A stretch of 64,000 nt of DNA from Macrostomum lignano (Eukaryota), in assembly GCA_002269645.1 (NCBI GenBank), contig NIVC01003056.1:11334-75333 (forward strand). Direction: 5' to 3'. Numbering within the stretch: the first letter of the stretch is position 1; each line of letters opens with the position of its first letter. Below are positions 49,262 through 61,429 of the stretch, piece after piece. The translations under genes were made by a program, and so were the position numbers. The notes below the pieces were generated by a model. It saw nothing but the letters and a program-made list of their open reading frames with translations, did no database searches and had not been told where the DNA came from.

Positions 49262-51295
49262 AATGTCAAACATAGAAGAGCCAACATATCGAACATAAGA
49301 GTTACCATGTCGAACATTAAAGAGCCACCATGTCAAACATTTAAGAGCCACCATGTCAAACATAAAAGAGCCACCATTTCGAACATTAAAGAGCAACTAT
49401 TTTGAACATTAAAGAGCCACTATGTCAAACAATTAAGAGCCACCATGTCAAACATAAAAGAGCCACTTTGTCGAACATTAAAGAGCCACCATGTCAAACA
49501 TAAAAGAGCCAACATGTCAGACATTAAAAAGCCACCGTATCAAACATAAAAGAGTTACCATGTAGAACAAAAAAGATCCACCATGTCGAACATAAAAGAG
49601 CCACCATTTCGAACATAAAGAGCCACCATGTCAAACATTTAGGAGCCACCATGTCAAACATATATGTGACTTTATGTCAAATATTAAAGAGCCACCATGT
49701 CGAACATAAAAGAGCCACCATGTCAAACATAAAGAGCCACCATGTCAAACATTTAGAAGCCACCATGTCAAAGATTTAAGAGCCACCATGTCAAACATTT
49801 AAGAGTCACCATGTCAAACATAAAAGAGCCACCATTTCAAACATTGAAGAGCCACCATTTCGAACATTGAAGAGCCACTATTTCGAACATTAAAGAGCCA
49901 CCATGTCAAACAATTAAAAGCCAGCATGTCAAACATAAAAGAGCCACTTTGTCGAACACTAAAGAGACACCATGTCAAACATAAAAGAGACAACATGTCA
50001 GACATTAAAAAGCCACCGTATCAAACATAAAAGAGTTACCATGTCGAAAATTAAAGAGCCACCATGTAGAATATTAAAGAGGCACCATGAAGAACATTAA
50101 AGAGCCACCATGTCAAACATTTAGAAGCCACCATGTCAAAGATTTAAGAGCCACCATGTCAAACATAGAAGAGCCACCATGTCAGATATTAAAAAGAGCC
50201 ACCATGTCGAACATAAAAGAGCCACCATGTCGAACATTAAAGAGCCACCATGTCAAACATATATGTGACTTTATGTCAAACATTAAAGAGCCACCATTTC
50301 GAACATTAAAGAGCCACCATGTCGAACATTAAAGAGCCACCATGTCAAACATTAAAGAGCCACCATGTAAAACATTAAAGAGCCACCATGTCTAACAGTA
50401 AAGAGCCACCATGTCGTACATTAAAGAGCCACCATATCGAACATTGAAGAGCCACCATGTCAAACATTAAAGAGCCACCATGTCTAACAGTAAAGAGCCA
50501 CCATGTCGTACATTAAAGAGCCACCATATCGAACATTGAAGAGCCACCATGTCAAACATTAAAGAGCCGCCATGTCAAAACATAAAAGTGCCATCATGTC
50601 AAACCTAAAAGAGCCACCATGTCTAACATAAAAGAGCCACCATATCGAACATTAAAGAGCCACCATGTCAAACATTATAGAGCCATTATGTCAAACCTAA
50701 AAGAGCCACCATGTCAAACATTAAAGAGCCACCATGTCGAACATTAAAGAGCCACCATGTCAAACATATATGTGACTTTATGTCAAACATTAAAGAGCCA
50801 CCATTTCGAACATTAAAGAGCCACCATGTCGAACATTAAAGAGCCACCATGTCTAACAAAAAAGAGCCACCATATCGAACATTAAAGAGCCACCATGTCA
50901 AACATTATAGAGCCATTATGTCAAACCTAAAAGAGCCACCATGTCTAACAGTAAAGAGCCACCATGTCGTACATTAAAGGGCCACCATGTAGAACATTAA
51001 AGAGCCACCATGTCGAACATTAAAGAACCACCATGTCAAACATTAAAGAACCACCATGTCGAACATTAAAGAGCCACCATGTCAAAAATAGAAGAGCCAC
51101 CATGTCAAACATAGAAGAGCCACCATGTCTAACATTAAAGAGCCACTATGTCGAACATTAAAGAGCCACCATGTCGAACATTAAAGAGCCACCATGTCAA
51201 AAATATAAGAGCCACCATGTCAAACATAGAAGAGCCACCATGTCTAACAGTAAAAAGCCAGCATGTCGAACATTAAAGAGCCACCAAGTCAAACA
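49262..51295. repeat. 23-bp minisatellite TAAAGAGCCACCATGTCAAACAT (unit P11)
   Basis: About 88 units; reverse complement of the M2/M3 monomer. Confidence 0.96.
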
Positions 51296-51879
51296 TAGGA
51301 GACGCAATTTCAAACGTAAAAAGAAGCGTCATGCCAATCACAAAGGAGCCATTATAAAGCTAAGGAAATTGTTGCACTTGCTACTTATTGTCCAGTGGAT
51401 GCTTGCTATTTAGTATAGGATCAATACTTGCTATCAATTGGTTGCTTGCTATCTGGGGTGCTTGCTATCTGGGGGTGCTTGCTATCTGGGGGTGCTTGCT
51501 ATCTGGGGGTGCTTGCTATCTGGTGGTGCTTGTTATCTGGAGGTGCTTGCTATCTGGGGGGATGCTTGCTGTCTTAGGATGTTTTCTTTTTGCATTGCAC
51601 TTCATCTGAGCAGTTTTTCTATTGACTATGTGAAGGCTTTGTTTGGCCATCTTATTGATACTTGTAGAGAACAGAGATTCTATCTAGATGTCCCCCATCG
51701 GGGGGCGAAGATTGCTAGTAGAAAGCTAAAGCCGGATATTTTTATCCAAGCTAAAACTAAAACAGTAGCTAGTTTTAGCAAATAAGAACTCAAAATGTCG
51801 CCAAAAAGTACATGACGCGGAAAATGATCTGTTTACACGCAGGATCAGGAGACAGATGGGTGATCTCGGTGGTCGGTGG

Positions 51880-52050
51880 GTCAGAATGCAGAGTCAGGAT
51901 GTTGTGTGACGACAGTCAGGATGTTGTGTCGGGAGAGTCAGAATGTTGTGTCGGGAAAGTCAGGATGTTGTGTCGGGAGAGTCAGGATGTTGTGTCGGGA
52001 GAGTCAGGATGTTGTGTCAGTAGAATCAGAAAGTTGTGTCAAGAAGTTAA
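51880..52050. repeat. 22-bp minisatellite GTCAGGATGTTGTGTCGGGAGA
   Basis: About 7 units. Confidence 0.9.
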
Positions 52051-52279
52051 GTATGTGGTTTCGGGCGAGTAATTAAGATGTGGAGCTAGGAGTACCGACC
52101 GTTTCCTGGAAAATTTTATTTCTGAACTATATACTCGCACGTGATAAGCGGCTACTAACAGTAGCAATATTGGCAATTGAAAGCTAATTTTTTGTTGGCT
52201 TATGTCACTTATAGATGATGTTAGATTAGAGCGTGTGAGATGAGACCCCGTCTCTGCCATGACCTTTATGACTGCCAGA

Positions 52280-52520
52280 TGGTTAGGGGCGCCCGATGCT
52301 TGGGGGGGGCGCCGATGATAGTGGCGCCAATGTTATGGGCGCCGATGCTTAGGGGGCGCTGATGATAGGGGCGCCGATGATAGAGGGCGCCGATGATAGG
52401 AGCGCCAATGTTATGGTCGCCGGTTCTTGGGGCGCTGATGTTAAGGGCACCAATGTTAGGGGCGCCGATGCTTTCGGGGCACCGATGATAGGAGCGCCAA
52501 TGTAAGACGCCAATGTTAGC
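52280..52520. repeat. Degenerate GGCGCC(G/A)ATG-core repeats (~17-20 bp)
   Basis: About 13 units of GGCGCCGATG(A/C)T. Confidence 0.8.
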
Positions 52521-52984
52521 TTTTTTAACTGGGAATGCGATGCCAGACCGTGAGACCCCATCAGGAGAGACTCCAACCGCGTGCCCATCAACCTAGCCAG
52601 CCGCTATTTTTTGTTCGGGTGAGGTCGCATTTCACGCCAGATCTGGTGAGCTGAGATGAATAAAATAAAGTGTATAAAAATAATAACAATATCATACGGC
52701 TTGTTGATTTCGGAGCCGGGTGAGGGAGTGGGCAGTCCAAATTCGAAGTCTAGCTTTGCTTAGCATTTGCCAGATTGCAATTTTCTGCTTATTTTGCAAC
52801 TCAATGCTTAATTCCAGTAGCCTGAATGTTATTCAGCTCAGTGAAGCTGTGGACAGGGTGCTCTAGATGCAGGATTTGGATTGTGAAGATTGAGAAGCCT
52901 CATGGGCGCACGTCTGGACCAAGGACCACTAGAATTAGCGGTGTACGATTGTATGGTAGAGACAGAGGCCGTACACGGATATAA

Positions 52985-53215
52985 TAGAGGGTAAGATTCA
53001 AAGATAAGAGAGGGTGGGATTCAGAGATAAGAGAGGGTGAGATTCAGAGATAAGAGAGGGTGAGATTCAGAGATAAGAGAGGGTGAGATTCAGAGATAAG
53101 AGAGGGTGAGATTCAGAGATAAGAGAGGGTGAGATTCAGAGATTAGATAGGGTGAGATTCCAAGATAAGACAGGGTGAGATTCAGAGATATGAGAATGAA
53201 ATTCAAAAATTACAG
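52985..53215. repeat. 23-bp repeat GAGGGTGAGATTCAGAGATAAGA
   Basis: About 10 units. Confidence 0.92.
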
Positions 53216-53739
53216 AGGGTATATTCAGAGAAGAGATTTAAAATTTAAATCCAGCAGTAAGTAATATTGCACTTGAAAATAAATTGCTAAGCTTTACCAA
53301 TCCAGATTTCGCATTGTTAGTACTCCTTGGCCATAGACAATTGCGTCCTAATCTAACTGACTAAGGGGGGGGGGGAGCGGTTGCCCCCTCGGGGTCCAGT
53401 GCTTCTCACCCTCTCCCTTTCTTCCCTTCTCTATATACGCGAGCTACGCCAATTACTTACAAGATTATTGACTTTCCAAGCGTCAACGCAACTCTCTCGT
53501 CTCGGCGCAGCCAATTTCGATCTCTCTTGGGCTTGGCGACCATGGCAATAACAACCCCCCCCCCACCGCACCGCCCAATTGCCTGTGCAGCCAATTATTG
53601 GACTAATTTTTTATGCTGCCTCGGCGGCTCAAGAATAGACCCTGGTGACTGATTAGTCGAGTCAACTATATGTGAAAGTGAGTGAGGATAGAAAGTATGA
53701 GTTTAGAGAATGTAAATATAGATTAGAGTGGTGCATATA

Positions 53740-55245
53740 CTGTAGATACAGATATATGAGAGAGTAGATACAGACATAAGAGAGAGTAGATTCAGAGATA
53801 AGAGAGAGTAGATTCAGAGATAAGAGAGAGTAGCTACAGAGATAAGAGAGAGTAGATTCAGACATAAGAGAGAGTAGATTCAGAGATAAGAGAGAGTAGC
53901 TACAGAGATAAGAGAGAGTAGATTCAGACATAAGAGAGAGTAGATACAGAGATAAGAGAGAGTAGATTCAGACATAAGAGAGAGTAGATTCAGAGTTAAG
54001 AGAGAGTATATGTAGAGATAAGAGAGAGTAGATTCAGAGATAAGAGAAAGTAGATACAGAGATAAGAGAGAGTAGATACAGAGATAAGAAAGAGTAGATA
54101 CAGAGATAAGAGAGAGTAGATACAGAGATAAGAGAGAGTAGATACAGAGATAAGAGAGAGTATATGCAGAGATAAGAGAGAGTATATGCAGAGATAAGAG
54201 AGAGTAGATACAGAGATAATAGAGAGTAGATTCAGAGATAAGAGAGAGTATATGTAGAGATAAGAGAGAGTAGCTACAGAGATAAGAGATAAGAGAGAGT
54301 ATATGTAGAGATAAGAGAGAGTAGCTACAGAGATAAGAGATAAGAGAGAGTAGATGCAGAGATAAGGGAGAGTAGATTCAGAGATAAGAGAGAGTATATG
54401 CAGAGATAGGAGACAGTAGATTCAGAGATAAGAGAGAGTATATGCAGAGATAAGGGAGAGTATATGCAGAGATAAGAGAGAGTATATGCAGAGATAAGAG
54501 AGAGTAGATTCAGAGATAAGAGAGAGTATATGCAGAGATAAGAGAGAGTATATGCAGCGATAAGAGAGAGTAGATACAGAGATAAGAGAGAGTATATGCA
54601 GAGATAAGAGAGAGTAGATTCAGAGATAAGAGAGAGTATATGTAGAGATAAGAGAGAGTAGCTACAGAGATAAGAGATAAGAGAGAGTATATGTAGAGAT
54701 AAGAGAGAGTATATGCAGAGATAAGAGAGAGTAGATACAGAGATAGGGAGAGTATATGCAGAGATAAGAGAGAGTAGATACAGAGATAAGAGAAGTATAT
54801 GCAGAGATAAGAGAGAGTAGATTCAGAGATAAGAGAGAGTATATGTAGAGATAAGAGAGAGTAGCTACAGAGATAAGAGATAAGAGAGAGTATATGTAGA
54901 GATAAGAGAGAGTATATGCAGAGATAAGAGAGAGTATATGTAGAGATAAGAGAGAGTAGCTACAGAGATAAGAGATAAGAGAGAGTATATGTAGAGATAA
55001 GAGAGAGTAGCTACAGAGATAAGAGATAAGAGAGAGTATATGTAGAGATAAGAGAGAGTAGCTACAGAGATAAGAGATAAGAGAGAGTAGATACAGAGAT
55101 AAGAGAGAGTAGATGCAGAGATAAGAGAGAGTAGATGCAGAGATAAGAGAGAGTAGATTCAGAGATAAGAGAGAGTAGATGCAGAGATAAGAGAGAGTAT
55201 ATGCAGCGATAAGAGAGAGAGTAGATACAGAGATAAGAGAGAACA
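53740..55245. repeat. 22-bp purine-rich satellite GAGAGAGTAGAT(T/A/G)CAGAGATAA
   Basis: About 65 units, related to the 23-bp repeat at 52985. Confidence 0.96.
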
Positions 55246-56079
55246 GACACCTAAGAGACAGAGAGTAAACACAGAGAGAAAGCCATCAATCCAGATTGCA
55301 GCATACAATTTGCATAAATCTGATCGATTCCAAAAAGCTGATCGATCGAAAAGCGAAATTAAAAATGTTAAAATTAGAATCCGAAGCAGTAGAGAAAGTT
55401 GCATCTAAAATACAGTGACAGTTTTGCAGGGCCAAGGTGTATTAGTATCGAATCTTCTATTCTAGAGCTTTCTTCCTATCACATAAGACAAGTATTGAAT
55501 TTCTTCAGTTCCTCTTGTGAAATCACTGTCCCTTACATGTATAATGATCCTAACTTAATATGCGCCAAAAGCATTGGTTGTCAGCTTCAATTTGGAATTT
55601 CTAATATGGTCCCGACGGTCATGGACTGCTAGAGACGTCCTGTGTTCAGATACACATAGCAGTTGAGCTTTTCCAATCCAGTTTCTATACTTCTTTAGCA
55701 GTCCTTGTTCTGAGCCGCCGGACCCCGCCTCCCTGTGTCCGCCTCGCTAATCACGGCATGCGTTGCCTCCATCCTCCTCTCTCACTCTCTCTCTCTCTCT
55801 CTCCTGCTTTACATCGCCTCGAGCAATCTATTGTTCGATTAACTGTCCAGCTCTGCTTTCATGCTAGTTTCGGGGTCTCTGGTGGCTGGCTCCCAATACA
55901 TGGGGGGATATCATGTTAGCTATTGGATAGGATAGATCGGGGATTGATGGGTTATCCTCTTCTTGTAGCTTTCGCTGTCTCTAACTCTCGACTGTGGATT
56001 CTGTTGCATTTGTGTTTCTTTTCCTATATGACTAGCCTAAGATTCTATGTGTGAATCTCTGACTCCTATCAGCCGTTGT

Positions 56080-56512
56080 CTCACCTTGTCAATATAAACG
56101 GATCTCACCTTTATTTTAGTGAATCTCACCCTGCCTGAATTAGTCTCACGCTATTTGAGCGAATCTCACCCGTTTGAGTGAATCTCACCCGCCTGAGTGA
56201 ATCTCACCCCATCTGAGTGAATCTCACTCGCCTGAGTGAATCTCACCCCATCTGAGTGAATCTCACTCTTATTTCAGTGAATCCCACCCTGTATGAGTGA
56301 ATCTCACCCTTATTAGAGTGAATCTCACCCTATCTGAGTGAATCCTACCCCATCTGAGTGAATCTCACCCTATCTGAGCGAATCTCACCTTTTTGAGTGA
56401 ATCTCACCCTATCTGAGTGAGTCTCACCTTATTTGAATGGGTCTCGCCTTATTTGAGTGAATCTCAATCTTATTTGAGTGAATCTCACCCTGTCTGAGTG
56501 AATCTCACCTGT
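56080..56512. repeat. 20-bp repeat TGAGTGAATCTCACCCTATC
   Basis: About 21 units. The core GAATCTCACCC is the reverse complement of GGGTGAGATTC at 52985-53215. Confidence 0.92.
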
Positions 56513-57307
56513 CTACCTATGGCTTCAAAATCTTCCTTAATCCGATGATGTCTTGCGGTGAAGTTCATCAATAAAAAAGTTCTGCAAGCGAGGTGAAGCA
56601 GACAGGTGCTGCAATGCCACACTCGAGCCCGGCTGCTTGCTCACAAAAAGAATATTTACTACCCATAAATTAGGATGCTCAAGAACTGACACTCACGAAA
56701 ATCTGCTCATTGATGGGATCTCGTCAGCTTTGCAAACAACACTCCCCATTATCCATTGTCCCATTGTCAATCACAAAGACCAGCCTTGGGGCACCCTTCT
56801 CCTAAAAGAATTTGTTGCAGAAATGCAAAAGAAGGCACTGCTCTTTTGAATTATTTTCCATAGATTCTTGAAATTCTTACTTAGATAACTTTTTTAGTCG
56901 CGCGAGATTTTCGACAGATGCATGGGGGGATTCTGTTAGGTAAAAAATCCTTTCATTTTGTCTTTGTTAAAAAAGGTGTGAATTTTTATCCCATTGCCCA
57001 GCAGCAGGGGACACCTGCAACACAAAATAGGAATTAGATCACACAGGTGGTTATTCCATTAACATTGCAGGGGTGCTTTTCATTCCATGCCAACTGTTTG
57101 ATATTCATAGCTCTCGTATATTGTCAAGCTGTCATTAGCTCGGTGTAAGATTCGCTATGGGTGGCCTCGACTTTAGAGGATATCCCTTGGTGTAAATATG
57201 TAAATAATTGATTTTTTAGCATCTGGCAGTTAGAATTGAACTAATGTATATGTATGCAACCTCATCTTCAAAATTTGAACTTTCAGTCAGTTCTACTAAA
57301 ACTGAAA

Positions 57308-57877
57308 CACGTTATCCGTGAACAGAGATCTTTCCCGTGAACAGAGATCTTTCCCGGGAACAGAGATCTTTCCCGTGAACAGAGATCCCAATTCCCGTGA
57401 ACAGAGATCCCAAATTCCCGTGAACAGAGATCCCAATTCCCGTGAACAGAGATCCCAATTCCCGTGAACAGAGATCTTTCCCGGGAACAGAGATCTTTCC
57501 CGGGAACAGAGATCTTTCCCGTGAACAGAGATTTCAATTCCCGTGAACAGAGATCCCAATTCCCGTGAACAGAGATTTCAATTCCCGTGAACAGAGATCC
57601 CAATTCCCGTGAACAGAGATCCCAATTCCTGTGAACAGAGATCCCAATACCCGTGAACAGAGATCCCAATTCCCGTGAACAGAGATCCCAATACCCGTGA
57701 ACAGAGATCCCAATTCCCGTGAACAGAGATCCCAATACCCGTGAACAGAGATCCCAATACCCGTGAACAGAGATCCCAATACCCGTAAACAGAGATCTTT
57801 ACCGTGAACAGAGATCCCGATTCCCGTGAACAGAGATCCCGATTCCCGTGAACAGAGATCCCAATTCCCGTGGAACA
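57308..57877. repeat. 22/19-bp minisatellite CCCGTGAACAGAGATC(CCAATT/TTT)
   Basis: About 27 units. Confidence 0.96.
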
Positions 57878-58447
57878 ATGACCCTTAGTTCTGTCTCCTT
57901 AGCTACTGAAGGTGCAGAATGTTTTTTAAATCAGGAAAAATTGTTTTCTCAAAATCTAGTGCGATCAACTTCAACTTCCTGACAATTAGACAATTACATC
58001 CGCAATCACAATGGGATTACATTGTGCTAATTTATTTAAAATCAGCTCTACCATTAAGGCACAAGGCAGAGTGACCTCACTCACCTCCCAAACAGCATCA
58101 AGGGATGAAGCGCACACGGCTAAGTAGATTAAAACATTTGCTTGATTACAGAGAGTAAATCCCATTATTTAGGATTCAATTTGCCTTTCTCTTTTCTCTC
58201 TCCTTTGCTGATATCAAAAGGTTGTCTTTGAGTTCTGCAAGATCACCCAGATTCATATCTTAGATAGGAGAAGAATTTCGATTATGAGTAAGCGCAATAT
58301 GACGGAGTTTTTTTGTTGCCATACGCTGCAACAAACACATGTCAGGGCAGAGGGTCTCTTTCCTGCTCCAAAGAAGTTCTGGCGAAGTCGGCGGTTGCAA
58401 GTTTGACACTTTTTGTCGTGACCGACGCCTTCTGAGTGGGTAACCAT

Positions 58448-58625
58448 TCCTGACAACCAATATGGCTCCCCTGACAACCAATATGGCACCCCTAACAACC
58501 AATATGGCGCACCTGACAACCAATATGGCCCCCCTAACAACCAATATGGCTCCCCTGACAACCAATATGGCGCCCCTGACAACCAATATGGCTCCCCTGA
58601 CAACCAATATGGCGCCCCTGACAAA
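58448..58625. repeat. 21-bp minisatellite CCCCTGACAACCAATATGGCG
   Basis: About 8 units. Confidence 0.95.
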
Positions 58626-59107
58626 GTGGCACTCAACTTGTTCGAGTCCATCAACTACTATTACACAGTGAACTGCTCATCTTTTATACAGTATAGCTCG
58701 TAGCTACTAAATAAGGCGGCTGCAGCATCAGCAATCTCAGCCAGAAATCGGGATCTCCATCTTCCCCCAAGGCTAGGGATTTGGCGCATGCAGGTTTTGC
58801 TGGGATCTCAACTCTCCCTCTTCCCTATTCGAAGATAGACAGGCAGTCTCCAAATAAACTTTAATCCTTTCTTGTACCGACTGGATCGAGTCCTGTGTCT
58901 TTCACCCACTCAAACTCTGTGAGTCTGCCACTTGTCTTTTCTCCCCAATCCCAATCCTTCATCTTTCGCTGGAGATGTAGCCATGTGCTGAGGCGGATTA
59001 TCTCCACTTTTCTCAACGACAAAAAAATCTCAAAAATCTCTGCGTCCAGGGACCGCTGAAAAACTGGACGGGAGAGTAGAGAAGCCAAACTATGTAACTA
59101 TCAACAT

Positions 59108-60528
59108 CTTAGCCCACCAACAGACAGGGGCGCCCACCAACAGACAGGGGGCGCCCACCAAGAGACAGGGGGCGCCCACCAAGAGACAGGGGGCGCCCAC
59201 CAAGAGACAGGGGGCGCCCACCAAGAGACAGGGGGCGCCCACCAAGAGACAGGGGGCGCCCACCAAGAGACAGGTGGCGCCCACCAACAGACAGGGGCCC
59301 CCACCAAGAGACAGGTGGCGCCCACCAACAGACAGGTGGCGCCCACCAACAGACAGGGGCCCCCACCAAGAGACAGGTGGCGCCCACCAACAGACAGGTG
59401 GCGCCCACCAAGAGACAGGGGGCGCCCACCAAGAGACAGGGGGCGCCCACCAAGAGACAGGGGGCGCCCACCAAGAGACAGGGGGCGCCCACCAAGAGAC
59501 AGGGGGCGCCCACCAAGAGACAGGGGGCGCCCACCAAGAGACAGGGGGCGCCCACCAAGAGACAGGGGGCGCCCACCAAGAGACAGGTGGCGCCCACCAA
59601 CAGACAGGGGCCCCCACCAAGAGACAGGGGGCGCCCACCAAGAGACAGGGGCCCCCACCAAAAGATAGGGGCCCCCACCAAGAGACAGGGGGCGCCCACC
59701 AAGAGACAGGGGGCGCCCACCAAGAGACAGGGGGCGCCCACCAAGAGACAGGGGCGCCCACCAAGAGACAGGGGGCGCCCACCAAGAGACAGGGGCCCCC
59801 ACCAAAAGATAGGGGCCCCCACCAAGAGACAGGGGGCGCCCACCAAGAGACAGGGGGCGCCCACCAAGAGACAGGTGGCGCCCACCAACAGACAGGTGGC
59901 GCCCACCAAGAGACAGGGGGCGCCCTCCAAGAGACAGGGGCCCCACCAAAAGATAGGGGCCCCCACCAAGAGACAGGGGGCGCCCACCAAGAGACAGGGG
60001 GCGCCCACCAAGAGACAGGTGGCGCCCACCAACAGACAGGTGGCGCCCACCAAGAGACAGGGGGCGCCCTCCAAGAGACAGGCGCCCCCACCAAAAGATA
60101 GGGGCCCCCACCAAGAGACAGGGGGCGCCCACCAAGAGACAGGGGGCGCCCACCAAGAGACAGGTGGCGCCCACCAAGAGACAGGGGCCCCACCAAGAGA
60201 CAGGGGGCGCCCTCCAACAGACAGGGGCCCCGACCAAGAGACAGGGGGCGCCCACCAAGAGACAGGGGGCGCCCTCCAAGAGACAGGGGGCGCCCTCCAA
60301 GAGACAGGGGCCCCCACCAAGAGACAGGGGTGCCCACCAAGAGACAGGGGGCGCCCACCAAGAGACAGACACGCCCACCAAGAAATGGGGGCACCCATCA
60401 AGAGACAGGAGCACCCACCAAGAGACAGGGATTCCCACCAAGAGACAGGGACACCCACCAAGAGACAGGGACACCCACCAAGAGACAGGGATGCCCACCA
60501 AGAGACAGGGACGCCCACCATGAGACAG
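59108..60528. repeat. 21-bp GC-rich minisatellite GGGGGCGCCCACCAAGAGACA
   Basis: About 67 units. Source of the long ORFs on both strands at 59090-60572. Confidence 0.98.
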
Positions 60529-61429
60529 TCAAAGTGGTTCTCTTAGGTTTTAACGAAACGAAAATAATATAAAACGAAATAAATTAACTAAAAAATATAT
60601 TTCTTCAAAAAGGAAATTTTCTATAAAAAATAGAATATAATATTCTATTACATTTGTCCACATTTTAGCCAGATGCATGCATCGCGTTTCCAGTCCAAGT
60701 AGCCAAAGGTCCATGAACCTGTCCGCCGCAATGGCCGCATCCTTTAGATGGCGCCAAGGTTATGCAAAATTCTGGCATAAATTCTGACATGCTGGCATAT
60801 GTATTCCCACGGAATGGATTAAGGGTGTAAATATTCCCCCTAAAGGTTCTCCCCTAATCGACAGCCGCTCAAGTATCTGCGATACACTTCACACGTCTCG
60901 CAGTTGCCAACCAAAATCTCGAAATGATTTTTTTAATCCCCAAATTTTGTCGGATTGTTGGCAAGGTGCCGATGGGTGGGATAATCCTTCTGTGGCTTGG
61001 GGATGACTTGATACACGACTGAAGGAGGCTTCTGGGCTTGGGTAGGTATATCGTGGGTGGCACAGCACGGCCCCAGGGGCAATGGGCTTTGGCGCAATAA
61101 TCTCTCACTAATCTTCTTTTACATTATTTCGTATTTAGTTCGTGTCAGTTATTGTTGTTAAATGAATGAGGATTATATTGTTCGATATAAATCCCCAGCA
61201 GCTTAATCCATTCTTGGTATCAACATTTTCAAGGGGATGCCGAGCGAGTGTGCCAAGTTAGTGTTGATCTTAGTCGATACATTCAGTAGCTTTGTGAAGA
61301 TGCTCTAAGCTCCTGCATTGCTTTCGAAGCAAGCAAATATTCGGGACAGTGTGGCTTCACAAGAAAAAAGTGATGAAATTATCTAGGTAGAAAGACAGAC
61401 AGAGAAGGGGGAATTTATAGAGTGAGATG

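Larger units (their letters stand above)
48665..51718 (+). mobile_element. Helitron-like unit P11 (family B), near-identical inverted copy of M2
   Basis: 5' TATATACTAAAAATGAGTTGTCTGTGG. 3' GTCCCCC-ATC-GGGGGGC-GAAGATTG-CTAG|T at 51715-51719. 23-bp array 49262-51295; GGGGTGCTTGCTATCT array 51440-51575. Confidence 0.8.

Noticed and set aside
24134-51718. Autonomous Helitron (RepHel) or LTR/LINE coding sequence in the array
   Set aside because: There is no long non-repetitive ORF, and no HUH, PIF1 helicase or RT motifs in any unit.
56560-57000. Reverse-transcriptase/integrase-like words on the minus strand (VPQGW, ADEI, VIDNG)
   Set aside because: The motifs are short, split over frames and broken by stops. 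They cannot be supported without a profile search.
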